Origin: Alphaproteobacteria bacterium
GTDB lineage: Bacteria > Pseudomonadota > Alphaproteobacteria > UBA828
Assembly (NCBI GenBank): GCA_965214705.1
Contig: CBDCCI010000002.1
Location: 544,001-608,000 of the forward strand
DNA length: 64,000 nt
Reading direction: 5' to 3'
In this document: piece after piece, positions 31,451 through 42,159 of the stretch
Position numbering within the stretch: the first letter of the stretch is position 1
Layout: every line of letters begins with the position of its first letter
Notes under the pieces: model-generated
Seen by the model: only the letters and a program-made list of their open reading frames with translations
Database searches by the model: none
Told to the model about the DNA's origin: nothing
Position numbers and translations under genes: made by a program

Positions 31451-32701
31451 TCACCGCGCGCGTTCCCTCACCAACTCCTCGAACAGCGCGACGTAGGCCT
31501 CGGCGGCCTTTTCGGGGGAGAAGTCGGCGGCGCGGCGCGTAAGCGCTTCCTCCGTCGGGTGAGCGCCGCGCAGCGTCTCGACCAGTGCCCGCGCCAGCGC
31601 CGGCGCGTCGCCCACCGGCGGCAACTCGCCCCAATCCCCAAGGATCTCGCGCGGACCGTAGGGCGTGTCGGTGCTGACCACCGGCGTGCCGCAGGCCAGT
31701 GCCTCGATGACCACGGTCGGCAGACCCTCCCAGCGCGAGGACAGCGCGAGCAGCCTCGCCCGCCGCATGTAGCGGAACGGGTTCTCGTCGAAGTCCACGA
31801 AGCCGAGGTCTTCCTCCGCGCCATGGCCCCTCGCCAGGGACTTGAGCCTTTGCCGGTAGGGGGCCGAGAGCTTGCCGAGGATAACCAGCCGCGCGTTCAC
31901 TTCGCGCCGCGCCAGCCCGAACGCCTCCACTAGCGTGGGGTGGTCCTTCTGCCGCGCCTCACGGCCGACGCTCAGGATAACCGGCGGCTCGCCGTCCGCG
32001 AACCAGGGGTGCGAGACCTCTTCCTGCGCCAGGCGCCATATGCTGTCGGCAGGGACGGGGTTGTAGATGGTGCGAACGCGCTCGGCGTCCACCCCCAACG
32101 ATCGCCGCACGGCCTCGCCCACGCCCCTGGACACCGCCACCACCGCGTCGGCCAGCGGATAGAGCGTCCGGGCAGCGGCCAGCCACTCCGGCGCATAGCT
32201 GGCGGCGACGTTGTTGTGCACCGTGACCACCACCGGAACGGCCCGGTCCGTCAGCTCCGCGGCGCAGACCGCGGCGGCGTCGGCGCTCGCCAGCGCCGAC
32301 ACCAGTACATCGGGACGCGCCTCGCAGAGGTAACGGCTCAGAATGTGGACGGAAGCATAGAGAGAGCGCTTGCGCCGAACCCGTACACCAGGGTGCTTCC
32401 GGCCGAGAACCAGCCAGAGCCATGCGACCCTGACCGGGTTCACGCCAAGCGTCGTTACCTCTACGCCCGACCGTTGAATTTCGCGCAAGAAGGTCCTGTC
32501 GGTGTGAGGAAGCCGCCCCCGATACAGCCGCACTCCACGCGGAATTGCGGCCTTGTAGTCTCCCGCGAAGCAGGGGATCACCAGGTCAACCCGGTGTCCG
32601 CGCTCGATGAGCGATTGCGCCAAGCTCAGAATGATGCGCTGCGCACCGCCGCCGCCCAGGTTGGGCAGCACGAACCCGACATGGAGTCTGCCGTCGGCCA
32701 A
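31451..32701 (-). CDS. GT4 glycosyltransferase, paralog 3
   Basis: GGGGAQR; C-terminal domain essentially identical to paralog 1. Confidence 0.92.
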   Translation of the reverse strand: MADGRLHVGFVLPNLGGGGAQRIILSLAQSLIERGHRVDLVIPCFAGDYKAAIPRGVRLYRGRLPHTDRTFLREIQRSGVEVTTLGVNPVRVAWLWLVLGRKHPGVRVRRKRSLYASVHILSRYLCEARPDVLVSALASADAAAVCAAELTDRAVPVVVTVHNNVAASYAPEWLAAARTLYPLADAVVAVSRGVGEAVRRSLGVDAERVRTIYNPVPADSIWRLAQEEVSHPWFADGEPPVILSVGREARQKDHPTLVEAFGLARREVNARLVILGKLSAPYRQRLKSLARGHGAEEDLGFVDFDENPFRYMRRARLLALSSRWEGLPTVVIEALACGTPVVSTDTPYGPREILGDWGELPPVGDAPALARALVETLRGAHPTEEALTRRAADFSPEKAAEAYVALFEELVRERAR

Positions 32702-32704
32702 CGG

Positions 32705-35700
32705 TCACGCCTTCGCAGGGCGTCGGGCACCGGCGCCGCGCACCGCCCCTATCGCGACGCTCAACCCGGCGAGAAACATGAACGCTTCCTCGCCGAGCAG
32801 ATGCGCGAAGGTCATGCAGTACAGAACGATGACGATGACCCAGGCCACGGTGGCATCCCGGGCAAGCGATTTCGGCGCTACCCATTGTGTGCGCAGAAGC
32901 AAGACGATGGCGGACAGAAACAGAAGCAGAGGGACGATACCGGCCTCTCCCAGCAACATAATGAACAGATTGTGAGGGTCGGGCAGCGCGCCGCTCCATG
33001 TGACGGGGGCGCCCTTCAGGTATTTCAGCGCCCTCAGACCGTGACCGAAGACGGGCGCCTCCATGGCCTTCTCGAATCCCAGCCTCCAAAGCAGCGGTCT
33101 GTCCTTCGCCAGGGCGGCGCAGATGAAGCCGTCATCGATATCGTGGCTGCGCAGACCGTACAGCTCCCACGGCATGCAGTCCTGGAAATCGTTATCGGCG
33201 ACAGCCAGCGAGAGACGCTTGATACCGGCCAATTCGGGCGGGACGGAACCGGTGAGACGGTTGTCGGCCAGCCACAGTTGCCCGAGATTCGACAGATTGG
33301 CGATCTCCCGCGGGATGGGACCCATCAGGCGGTTGTCGCCAAGCGACAGCATGGTCAGACGGGTCAGGTTCCCCAGTTCCGGTGGAATGGGGCCGGTGAG
33401 TCGGTTGCCGTCGAGCCGCAGCAGATGGAGATGGGCCAGCTCGCCCAGCTCCGGGGGGATCCGCCCGGTCAGGTTCATGTCCCGCAAGTCCAGTGCGATG
33501 ATGCGATGCCCTCGACCGATGGTGACGCCCTGCCAGGACGCGACGGGGTGAGCGTAGCTCCAGTTCAGCGCCGCGTCGCCGGCCAAGGTGTCGCGCATGC
33601 GCATCAGACGCGCGCCGTCTTCGAAAAGGCCCGGTTTGGTCCAGGGCGAAGGATCGCAGAGCAGATCGGCGGAATCCAGATCGTTGTGCCGTACCTGCGC
33701 TGCTCGCGCCGTAGCCGGAAGGCAGTCGGCAAACGCGTTGCCGCCCAGACGGAGGACCGCAAGATGAGCCCACCGGTCGAGAGCCTCGCGGAGTGCTCCG
33801 TGCAAACGATTGTTCTCGAGCCGCAGCTCCTCCAGACGCGACAGGTTGCCAAGCTGCGGATGGACGTCGCCCGTCAAGATGTTGTTCTCCAGCGCGAGCA
33901 CCCGCAGACCGGTCAGTGTGGTCAGTCCCTGCGGGATGCCGCCAGTGAGTTCGTTGCCGCCAAGACGCAACGAAACGAGTGCCTGCAACGCGCTCAGTTC
34001 CGGCGGGATCTCGCCGGTCAGCGCGTTGTTTTCCAGTACCAGCGTCCGCAGCCCGGTCAGGGTGCCCAGTTCCGGAGGGATCGGTCCCGCAAGCCGGTTG
34101 TTGCCAAGACGCAGAACGGCAAGGGCGTCCAGAGCCGACAGCTCTGCGGGAATCCGCCCGTTCAGTCCCATGTGCGACAGAGCCAGGGCGACGACCCGCG
34201 GCCCTTCCGCGGCCTCGCCGGCGATGTTGGGCATCCCGACGGTGACACCCCGCCAATAGCCGATGGGGACCGCGTCGCTCCAGTTTAGTTGGACGTCGCC
34301 GGCCAGCACGTCCCGAGCGGCTAACAACGTGGCGCAGTCGTCATACAGGCGCGGCAGTGCTTCGAGGAGGGAGTGGCAGAGCAGGTTCCGGCCGAGAACC
34401 CGACCGCGACCCTGCGCCCGGAGTTCGCCAGCCGCATCGTCATCGTCCAGGCGCAACGCTGGCAGCGCGGCCACAGAGGGCGGTGCGGGGCCGCTCAGAC
34501 GGTTCCCGCTCAGCCACAGGTCGGTGAGCCTCGACAGCTTGCCCAGTTCCGGCGGCACGGAACCGGCCAGGAGGTTGCCGCTCAATGCCAGCATGCGCAG
34601 ACCGGCGAGGTTGCCGAGCTCGGGCGGGATGTCGCCGGCAAGCCGATTGCGGCCCAGGCGCAGGGAGGCGAGTCCGGCAAGCTGCCCCAACTCCGCGGGG
34701 ATGCGTCCGTTCAAACCCATTTGCGTCAGATCCAGCGCCGTCACGCGGCCGCGCGAGCGATCCACCGCGACACCCTGCCAGTCGTCGACCGGCACATCGC
34801 GGCGCCAGTTGAGCGGCGCATCCCCGGCGAGGCTGTCTCTCACCGTCAGCAAGAGGGTGCAATCGGCGAGCAGGCCCGGATCGATTTTCTTCGGCCGGCA
34901 GAAAACCGGCCCGTCGAGGTCATGGTCGGCAATCTCGTGGAGCGCCGGCGGGAAGGGGCGGTTCAGGTCGTTGCCGGCGAGGCGCAGGAAGAAGAGATTG
35001 CCCAGTCCTTCCAGTTCCGGCGGTACGGGGCCGGCGAGCCGGTTATGGCTCAGGTCCAGAGCGACGAGGCCGCCCAATTCGCCGAGTTCCGCGAACAGGC
35101 GCCCGTTCAGTCCCGCGCGCGGCAATGCCAGTGCGGTCACGCGCTTCGGCGAGCCGCCGACGGTGACGCCCTGCCAGAACTCGATGGGGATGTCCTCGCT
35201 CCAGTCAAGCGCCGCGCCGCCGGCCAGGATGTCCTTGTTCGCCAGCAGAAGGCCGCAGTCGGCTTGCAGATCGGAAGTGACGCTGGAGGAAGGTCGACAG
35301 AACAGGCGCCTTACCGCATCCGGACGATCTCGGTTCATGCGGCGGTCCGCCGCCTGCGCCGCCTCTGCATCGTCGAGCGACCGACGATGGCGCAGATCGT
35401 GGAGGTCCAGGTCGTGGCTCGCGATCCGGTAGAGACGCCGCGGATAGGGGCGTTCCAGATCGTTGCCGGAGAGACGTATCAAGGTCAGCTTCTCCAGCCC
35501 TTCGAGTTCCGGCGGCACGGGGCCGGTCAGGCGGTTGTGCTTCAGCCACAACTCCCTGAGATGCGACAGTTTCCCCAGTTCCGGCGGAATCGGGCCGCTC
35601 AAGGCGTTGAAGGAGAGCACCAGCCGCTCCAGGTCGGACAGCTCTCCCAGTTCGGGAGGCACCGGGCCGGTCAGCCGGTTGCGATTGAGATGCAGCGAAA

Positions 35701-35908
35701 CAAGCCGGTCCAGTCCGCCCAACGCTGGCGGGATGCGCCCGTTCAGACCTGACTTGGACAGGTCGAGCCTCGTCACCCGCTCCGGCGAGCCGCCGACGGT
35801 GACGCCCTGCCAGAACTCGATGGGGATGTCCTCGCTCCAGCCGAGCGGCGCATCGCCGGCGAGGATGTCCCTCGCCGCCAACAGGAGCGCGCAATCGGCG
35901 CGCAAACC
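32705..35908 (-). CDS. C-terminal fragment: five LRR modules plus the ligase C-terminus
   Basis: 1066-aa ORF; in frame with the middle fragment once the IS66 is removed (PGLRADC). Confidence 0.85.
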   Translation of the reverse strand, partial: GLRADCALLLAARDILAGDAPLGWSEDIPIEFWQGVTVGGSPERVTRLDLSKSGLNGRIPPALGGLDRLVSLHLNRNRLTGPVPPELGELSDLERLVLSFNALSGPIPPELGKLSHLRELWLKHNRLTGPVPPELEGLEKLTLIRLSGNDLERPYPRRLYRIASHDLDLHDLRHRRSLDDAEAAQAADRRMNRDRPDAVRRLFCRPSSSVTSDLQADCGLLLANKDILAGGAALDWSEDIPIEFWQGVTVGGSPKRVTALALPRAGLNGRLFAELGELGGLVALDLSHNRLAGPVPPELEGLGNLFFLRLAGNDLNRPFPPALHEIADHDLDGPVFCRPKKIDPGLLADCTLLLTVRDSLAGDAPLNWRRDVPVDDWQGVAVDRSRGRVTALDLTQMGLNGRIPAELGQLAGLASLRLGRNRLAGDIPPELGNLAGLRMLALSGNLLAGSVPPELGKLSRLTDLWLSGNRLSGPAPPSVAALPALRLDDDDAAGELRAQGRGRVLGRNLLCHSLLEALPRLYDDCATLLAARDVLAGDVQLNWSDAVPIGYWRGVTVGMPNIAGEAAEGPRVVALALSHMGLNGRIPAELSALDALAVLRLGNNRLAGPIPPELGTLTGLRTLVLENNALTGEIPPELSALQALVSLRLGGNELTGGIPQGLTTLTGLRVLALENNILTGDVHPQLGNLSRLEELRLENNRLHGALREALDRWAHLAVLRLGGNAFADCLPATARAAQVRHNDLDSADLLCDPSPWTKPGLFEDGARLMRMRDTLAGDAALNWSYAHPVASWQGVTIGRGHRIIALDLRDMNLTGRIPPELGELAHLHLLRLDGNRLTGPIPPELGNLTRLTMLSLGDNRLMGPIPREIANLSNLGQLWLADNRLTGSVPPELAGIKRLSLAVADNDFQDCMPWELYGLRSHDIDDGFICAALAKDRPLLWRLGFEKAMEAPVFGHGLRALKYLKGAPVTWSGALPDPHNLFIMLLGEAGIVPLLLFLSAIVLLLRTQWVAPKSLARDATVAWVIVIVLYCMTFAHLLGEEAFMFLAGLSVAIGAVRGAGARRPAKA

Positions 35909-35988
35909 GTAAGCGGTACGCAGACCCCATACCGGAATCTGGCTTGACTACGACGGGGATTTCTTGAGGAGCGCCGTGAGCGCGCGAG

Positions 35989-37731
35989 TCATTTTGCCTC
36001 GGGCTGGAAGTTCCACGGCAGAAGCTCCTGGATGCCCGACTGCGGGTGGCCCTTGGCGATCTTCTCGAGCGTGCTCCGCATCCAGGCGTAGGGCTCGACG
36101 CCGTTCATCTTGCAGGTCTCGATCAGCGAGGCGATGCGGGCCCAGGCTTGCGCACCCTCGTCGTTGCCGGCGAAGAGCGCGTTCTTGGCGGTGAGCTTCA
36201 GCGGCCGGATTCGGTTTTCCACCAGGTTCGAGTCGATCTCGACACGACCGTCGTGCAGGAACTCCAGCAGCCCGTCCCACTGGTTGGCGATATAGGTCAG
36301 CTTCTCGCCGAGACGCGAGCGCGGTGAGACGCGCGAGCGCTGCTCGTCGAGCCAGACACCGAAGGTGTTCACGATCGGCGCCGACTCCTCCCAACGGATC
36401 GCGCGGCGCTCCGCCGGCGGCTTGCCCCGGATCTTCTTCTCGATCGCATAGAGCTTCGCGATCCGATTCAGACCGGCCAGCGCGATCGGCGATGCGCTCG
36501 AGTCGTATACCTCTTTCAGCTTCCGTCTTACATGCGCCCAACAGAGGGCCCGCGTCACAGGGCCTTCCGCCCGGTCCGGCCGCGCCAGGATGTTGTGGCC
36601 CGAGTAGCCGTCGAGCTGCACCGTCCCCGAAAAGCCCTCCATAAGCTCGGCGCCATACTTGCCGCCGCGGCCGGGCGCATAGCGATAGACGACGCCCGGC
36701 GGGTCCGTGCCGCTCCAGTGGCGCTCGTCACGCACAAGGGTCCACATGTAGCCCGTCTTCGTCTTGCCCCGGCCCGGGTCGAGAACGCGGATCGTGGTCT
36801 CGTCCAGACCCAGGTGATCCGACTTCTTCAGCTCATCCTCCAGGCAAGCGACCACGGGGCGCAGGTGAAACGACGCCTGGCCCACCCACGTCGCCAGCGT
36901 CGCACGGTGAACCTCGATCCCCGAGCGCTCGTAGATCTGCGACTGGCGATAGAGCGGGCAATGATCGCCGTACTTCGCGATCAGCACCTGCGCCAGAAGA
37001 GCCTCGGTGGGAAGGCCGCCCTCGACCAGAGCGGCCGGCGCCGGCGACTGCACCACCCCGCCCCCCTTGCACTTGTTGCAGGCGTAGCGGGGGCGCACGG
37101 TCTCGATGACGGTGAACTTCGCCGGCTCATAGTCCAGCCGCTCGCTGCGGTCCTCGCCGATCTTCGTCATCTCGCCGCAGCCGCAGGGGCACATGATCGT
37201 GTCCGGCTCGATCACCTCCTCGCGCCGGTCGACCTGGGGCCCGAAGCGCACCCCGCTGCGCGACCCCCGGGAAGAGCGCCGCCGGCGCTTGCCGCCAGCC
37301 CCCTCGTCCTGCTCCTGGTCATCTGCCTCGGGCCGACCGCCGGCTTCAGCGATCGCCGCCCAAAACTCCTCGAACGTAAGCTGGCGCTCGTCCTCGCCGA
37401 GCTTCTCGGAGCGCGGACCGAACAGCGCCTTCCTGAGCTCCTTGTTGAGATGCTCAAGCCGGCTGATCTGCTCCGCGCTCTGCGCGTTCTCGGCCTCCAG
37501 CCGTGCCGCCCGCGCTTCCGCCGTCTGCCTCGCCGCCTCCGCCGCGCCGCGTGCCTGCTCCGCTTCGCATAGGGCTGCTTCCGTCGCCCGGCGCGCCGCG
37601 CGCTCGTCGTCAAGCTCCGCATGCAGGGCCGCCAGCGCCGCCGAAACCACCGCAGGCGACGGCGAACCGGCGCTGCTGAGGGGTGAGGGCGTGACCTTCG
37701 GCATGGGCCACCCCTTAATCCGATTCGCCAA
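35989..37731 (-). CDS. tnpC: IS66 TnpC
   Basis: Protein identical to copy 1. Confidence 0.95.
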   Translation of the reverse strand: MANRIKGWPMPKVTPSPLSSAGSPSPAVVSAALAALHAELDDERAARRATEAALCEAEQARGAAEAARQTAEARAARLEAENAQSAEQISRLEHLNKELRKALFGPRSEKLGEDERQLTFEEFWAAIAEAGGRPEADDQEQDEGAGGKRRRRSSRGSRSGVRFGPQVDRREEVIEPDTIMCPCGCGEMTKIGEDRSERLDYEPAKFTVIETVRPRYACNKCKGGGVVQSPAPAALVEGGLPTEALLAQVLIAKYGDHCPLYRQSQIYERSGIEVHRATLATWVGQASFHLRPVVACLEDELKKSDHLGLDETTIRVLDPGRGKTKTGYMWTLVRDERHWSGTDPPGVVYRYAPGRGGKYGAELMEGFSGTVQLDGYSGHNILARPDRAEGPVTRALCWAHVRRKLKEVYDSSASPIALAGLNRIAKLYAIEKKIRGKPPAERRAIRWEESAPIVNTFGVWLDEQRSRVSPRSRLGEKLTYIANQWDGLLEFLHDGRVEIDSNLVENRIRPLKLTAKNALFAGNDEGAQAWARIASLIETCKMNGVEPYAWMRSTLEKIAKGHPQSGIQELLPWNFQPEAK

Positions 37732-37797
37732 TGCATGACCAGGGAAAAGTGCAGGCGGGACCGCGACCGAAATCTGCGGCCCCGCCTGCGTGCCGCC

Positions 37798-38148
37798 TCA
37801 CTCCGCCGCCAGCGGGCGGCGAACCGGGCGGGCCTTCACCCGGCGCCAGTCCAGACCCTCGAAGAGGGCCTCGAACTGGCCCTTCGTAAGGCGCATCACA
37901 CCATCCTCGATCCGAGGCCAGGCGAAGCGGCCCTGCTCCAGACGCTTGTAGGTCATCACCAGACCGCTGCCGTCCCACGCAAGGAGCTTGAGCCTGTCGC
38001 CGCGGCGCGAGCGGAAGATCACGATCACCCCGGAATAGATATCGAGGTCCAGCTCCCCCGCCGCCGTCGCCGCAAGCGCGTCGTGGCCGCGACGAAAATC
38101 AACCGGCCGCGTCGCCAACACGATGCGAAGCGAGGGGGCCGCGATCAT
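37798..38148 (-). CDS. tnpB: IS66 TnpB
   Basis: Protein identical to copy 1. Confidence 0.95.
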   Translation of the reverse strand: MIAAPSLRIVLATRPVDFRRGHDALAATAAGELDLDIYSGVIVIFRSRRGDRLKLLAWDGSGLVMTYKRLEQGRFAWPRIEDGVMRLTKGQFEALFEGLDWRRVKARPVRRPLAAE

Positions 38149-38600
38149 GACGACGCCCGGCCCAGGCCCGAGGCCACCGCAACAATCCGATCGACCGCGC
38201 TCTCCACCGGAAGGCGAACGACCACGCCTAGCGCCTCGATCGCCACCGTCCGCTCGGACGTCACGCTATCAACCACCACGGGAACAAATGGCGGTGCAGA
38301 GCCACCAATCCGAGCGCCCGGAAGAGTTCCCTCCCGCGCGCGCCGCCGCCACTTGGTCAGGGTCGTATCGCTGACGCCATGGCGGCGCGCGACCGCCGCA
38401 ACCGAAGAGCCCGGCTCAAAGCTCTCCGAGACAATCCGCGCCTTCTCATCGTCCGGCCAGCGTCGCATGGGGGCCGGCTCAGACGGAGCCGGGGCGGCTC
38501 CCTCAGAAGCTGGGATCTCAACCGAAGCAACAGCGACACCGTCGCCAGATGCCAAAATCGAATCTGTCATCGCGATCTCTCCTGTGTGGCTCGTGGTCAA
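38145..38600 (-). CDS. tnpA: IS66 TnpA
   Basis: Protein identical to copy 1. Confidence 0.9.
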   Translation of the reverse strand: MTTSHTGEIAMTDSILASGDGVAVASVEIPASEGAAPAPSEPAPMRRWPDDEKARIVSESFEPGSSVAAVARRHGVSDTTLTKWRRRAREGTLPGARIGGSAPPFVPVVVDSVTSERTVAIEALGVVVRLPVESAVDRIVAVASGLGRASS

Positions 38601-38660
38601 GGCGGAGAGTCAGCCCCGAAATCAGATCCGCTGGAAGTATGGGGGCCCGATACCGCTTAC

Positions 38661-40262
38661 CGCAAACCGGGATTGTCGGCGGGAGCGGCGGGGCAGGGCG
38701 CGTCCCTGCCGGCGACCGCGCGCAGCTCGGGAGGGAGGAAACCGGTCAGGCGGTTGCCGCTCAGCCAGAGCTTCCTGAGGCTCGACAGCTTCGCCAGTTC
38801 CGCAGGGACGGGGCCGGTCAGGGCATTGTTGGCAAGCCCGAGCCTTTCCAGGTCGGTCAGTTTCCCCAGCTCGGGTGGAATGGCGCCGGTCAGCGCATTG
38901 CTGTCGAGCACCAGGGACCGCAAGCCGGCGAGATGCCCAAATGCCGCGGGTACGCGCCCCCTCAGCCCCGTTCGGGGCAGCTCCAGCGCAATGACACGAC
39001 CTTCCGGACCGCCCACGGTCACACCTTGCCATAAGCCGATAGGGACCGCCGCGTGCCAGTCGAGCGGCGCGCCGCCGGCCAGCGTGTCCTTCGCCGCCAG
39101 CAGCGTCGTGCAGTCCTCGAACAACGCGGGGCTGGTTCGCGGCGGCGGCAGGCAGAGCACGAGGCGGCCGAGATCGTGGTCAGGGACATCGAACAGCGCC
39201 GGCGGAACAGGGCCGGTCAGGCGGTTCTCTCTCAACCACAAGGCCCTGAGCCGGGGGAGTCGTGCCAGTTCCGCAGGGACGGTGCCAGTCAGGGCGTTGC
39301 GATCCAGGCTCAAGTCGCGCAGGTGGACGAGTTGTCCCAACTCCGGCGGAATCGAACCGGTGAGCCGATTGGCGGCCAAGTTCAACGAGACGAGGCCGTC
39401 CAGCCTGCCGAGGCTCGGGGGAATGCGTCCGTTCAGCCCTTTCCCGTACAGATCCAGCGCGATGACACGACCTTCCGGACCGCCCACGGTCACGCCTTGC
39501 CATAAGCCGATGGGGACCGCCGCGTGCCAGTCGAGCGGGGCGCCGCCGGCCAGCGTGTCCTTCGCCGCCAGCAGCCGCGTGCAGTCGCCGAACAACGCGG
39601 GGCTGGTTCGTGGTGGCGGCAGGCAGAGCACGAAGCGGCCGAGATCGTGGTCAGGGACATCGAACAGCGCCGGCGGAACAGGGCCGGTCAGGCGGTTCTC
39701 TCTCAACCACAAGGCCCTGAGCCGGGGGAGTCGTGCCAGTTCCGCAGGGACGGTGCCGGTCAGGGCGTTGCGATCCAGGGCCAAGACGCGCAGGTCGACG
39801 AGTTGTCCCAACTCCGGCGGAATCGAACCGGTGAGCCGATTGGCGGCCAGGTTCAACGAGACGAGGCCGTCCAGCCTGCCGAGTTTCGGGGGAATGCGTC
39901 CGTTCAGCCCTCTCCCGTACAGATCCAGCGCGATGACACGACCTTCCGGACCGCCCACGGTCACGCCTTGCCACAAGCCGATGGGGACCGCCGCGTGCCA
40001 ATCGAGCGGCGCGTCACCGGCCAGCGTGTCCTTCGCCGCCAGCAGCGTCGTGCAGTCCTCGAACAACGCGGGGCTGGTTCGAGGCGGCGGCAGGCAGAGC
40101 ACGAAGCGGCCGAGATCGTGGTCGGCGACGGTATTGATTTCGGGAGGAATGGAGTCGAAGTCGTTGCCCCAGAGACGCAGGACGGACAGCCGGAGCTCTC
40201 CGATAGCGGCCGGGACAGGGCCGGTCAAGCGGTTGCCTTGCAACCACAACGGGCTCGAGGTT
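38661..40262 (-). CDS. Middle fragment: three LRR modules
   Basis: 530-aa ORF with three DCTxLLAAKDTLAG...WQGVTVGGPEGRVIAL caps. Confidence 0.85.
38980..40123. repeat. Near-identical 471-bp tandem repeat (about 2.4 units)
   Basis: CAGGGACATCGAACAGCGCC at 39181 and 39652; 157-aa period in the protein. Confidence 0.85.
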
Positions 40263-40350
40263 CTTGAGCTGTAAGCGGTACGCAGACCCCATACCGGAAT
40301 CTGGCTTGACTACGACGGGGATTTCTTGAGGAGCGCCGTGAGCGCGCGAG

Positions 40351-42093
40351 TCATTTTGCCTCGGGCTGGAAGTTCCACGGCAGAAGCTCCTGGATGCCCG
40401 ACTGCGGGTGGCCCTTGGCGATCTTCTCGAGCGTGCTCCGCATCCAGGCGTAGGGCTCGACGCCGTTCATCTTGCAGGTCTCGATCAGCGAGGCGATGCG
40501 GGCCCAGGCTTGCGCACCCTCGTCGTTGCCGGCGAAGAGCGCGTTCTTGGCGGTGAGCTTCAGCGGCCGGATTCGGTTTTCCACCAGGTTCGAGTCGATC
40601 TCGACACGACCGTCGTGCAGGAACTCCAGCAGCCCGTCCCACTGGTTGGCGATATAGGTCAGCTTCTCGCCGAGACGCGAGCGCGGTGAGACGCGCGAGC
40701 GCTGCTCGTCGAGCCAGACACCGAAGGTGTTCACGATCGGCGCCGACTCCTCCCAACGGATCGCGCGGCGCTCCGCCGGCGGCTTGCCCCGGATCTTCTT
40801 CTCGATCGCATAGAGCTTCGCGATCCGATTCAGACCGGCCAGCGCGATCGGCGATGCGCTCGAGTCGTATACCTCTTTCAGCTTCCGTCTTACATGCGCC
40901 CAACAGAGGGCCCGCGTCACAGGGCCTTCCGCCCGGTCCGGCCGCGCCAGGATGTTGTGGCCCGAGTAGCCGTCGAGCTGCACCGTCCCCGAAAAGCCCT
41001 CCATAAGCTCGGCGCCATACTTGCCGCCGCGGCCGGGCGCATAGCGATAGACGACGCCCGGCGGGTCCGTGCCGCTCCAGTGGCGCTCGTCACGCACAAG
41101 GGTCCACATGTAGCCCGTCTTCGTCTTGCCCCGGCCCGGGTCGAGAACGCGGATCGTGGTCTCGTCCAGACCCAGGTGATCCGACTTCTTCAGCTCATCC
41201 TCCAGGCAAGCGACCACGGGGCGCAGGTGAAACGACGCCTGGCCCACCCACGTCGCCAGCGTCGCACGGTGAACCTCGATCCCCGAGCGCTCGTAGATCT
41301 GCGACTGGCGATAGAGCGGGCAATGATCGCCGTACTTCGCGATCAGCACCTGCGCCAGAAGAGCCTCGGTGGGAAGGCCGCCCTCGACCAGAGCGGCCGG
41401 CGCCGGCGACTGCACCACCCCGCCCCCCTTGCACTTGTTGCAGGCGTAGCGGGGGCGCACGGTCTCGATGACGGTGAACTTCGCCGGCTCATAGTCCAGC
41501 CGCTCGCTGCGGTCCTCGCCGATCTTCGTCATCTCGCCGCAGCCGCAGGGGCACATGATCGTGTCCGGCTCGATCACCTCCTCGCGCCGGTCGACCTGGG
41601 GCCCGAAGCGCACCCCGCTGCGCGACCCCCGGGAAGAGCGCCGCCGGCGCTTGCCGCCAGCCCCCTCGTCCTGCTCCTGGTCATCTGCCTCGGGCCGACC
41701 GCCGGCTTCAGCGATCGCCGCCCAAAACTCCTCGAACGTAAGCTGGCGCTCGTCCTCGCCGAGCTTCTCGGAGCGCGGACCGAACAGCGCCTTCCTGAGC
41801 TCCTTGTTGAGATGCTCAAGCCGGCTGATCTGCTCCGCGCTCTGCGCGTTCTCGGCCTCCAGCCGTGCCGCCCGCGCTTCCGCCGTCTGCCTCGCCGCCT
41901 CCGCCGCGCCGCGTGCCTGCTCCGCTTCGCATAGGGCTGCTTCCGTCGCCCGGCGCGCCGCGCGCTCGTCGTCAAGCTCCGCATGCAGGGCCGCCAGCGC
42001 CGCCGAAACCACCGCAGGCGACGGCGAACCGGCGCTGCTGAGGGGTGAGGGCGTGACCTTCGGCATGGGCCACCCCTTAATCCGATTCGCCAA
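40351..42093 (-). CDS. tnpC: IS66 TnpC
   Basis: Protein identical to copy 1. Confidence 0.95.
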   Translation of the reverse strand: MANRIKGWPMPKVTPSPLSSAGSPSPAVVSAALAALHAELDDERAARRATEAALCEAEQARGAAEAARQTAEARAARLEAENAQSAEQISRLEHLNKELRKALFGPRSEKLGEDERQLTFEEFWAAIAEAGGRPEADDQEQDEGAGGKRRRRSSRGSRSGVRFGPQVDRREEVIEPDTIMCPCGCGEMTKIGEDRSERLDYEPAKFTVIETVRPRYACNKCKGGGVVQSPAPAALVEGGLPTEALLAQVLIAKYGDHCPLYRQSQIYERSGIEVHRATLATWVGQASFHLRPVVACLEDELKKSDHLGLDETTIRVLDPGRGKTKTGYMWTLVRDERHWSGTDPPGVVYRYAPGRGGKYGAELMEGFSGTVQLDGYSGHNILARPDRAEGPVTRALCWAHVRRKLKEVYDSSASPIALAGLNRIAKLYAIEKKIRGKPPAERRAIRWEESAPIVNTFGVWLDEQRSRVSPRSRLGEKLTYIANQWDGLLEFLHDGRVEIDSNLVENRIRPLKLTAKNALFAGNDEGAQAWARIASLIETCKMNGVEPYAWMRSTLEKIAKGHPQSGIQELLPWNFQPEAK

Positions 42094-42159
42094 TGCATGA
42101 CCAGGGAAAAGTGCAGGCGGGACCGCGACCGAAATCTGCGGCCCCGCCTGCGTGCCGCC

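Larger units (their letters stand above)
28530..31454 (-). pseudogene. GT4 glycosyltransferase, paralog 2, split by single-ORF IS66
   Basis: N-half ends AQKD and C-half resumes YPTLVEAF across the insertion. Confidence 0.9.
35909..38660 (-). mobile_element. IS66 copy 3
   Basis: 8-bp duplication CGCAAACC. Confidence 0.97.

Noticed and set aside
32705-40262. LRR repeats as a CRISPR array or DGR template/variable pair
   Set aside because: The repeats are in-frame coding units with no spacers, and differences are not adenine-specific. The only complete RT has group II intron RNA domains.
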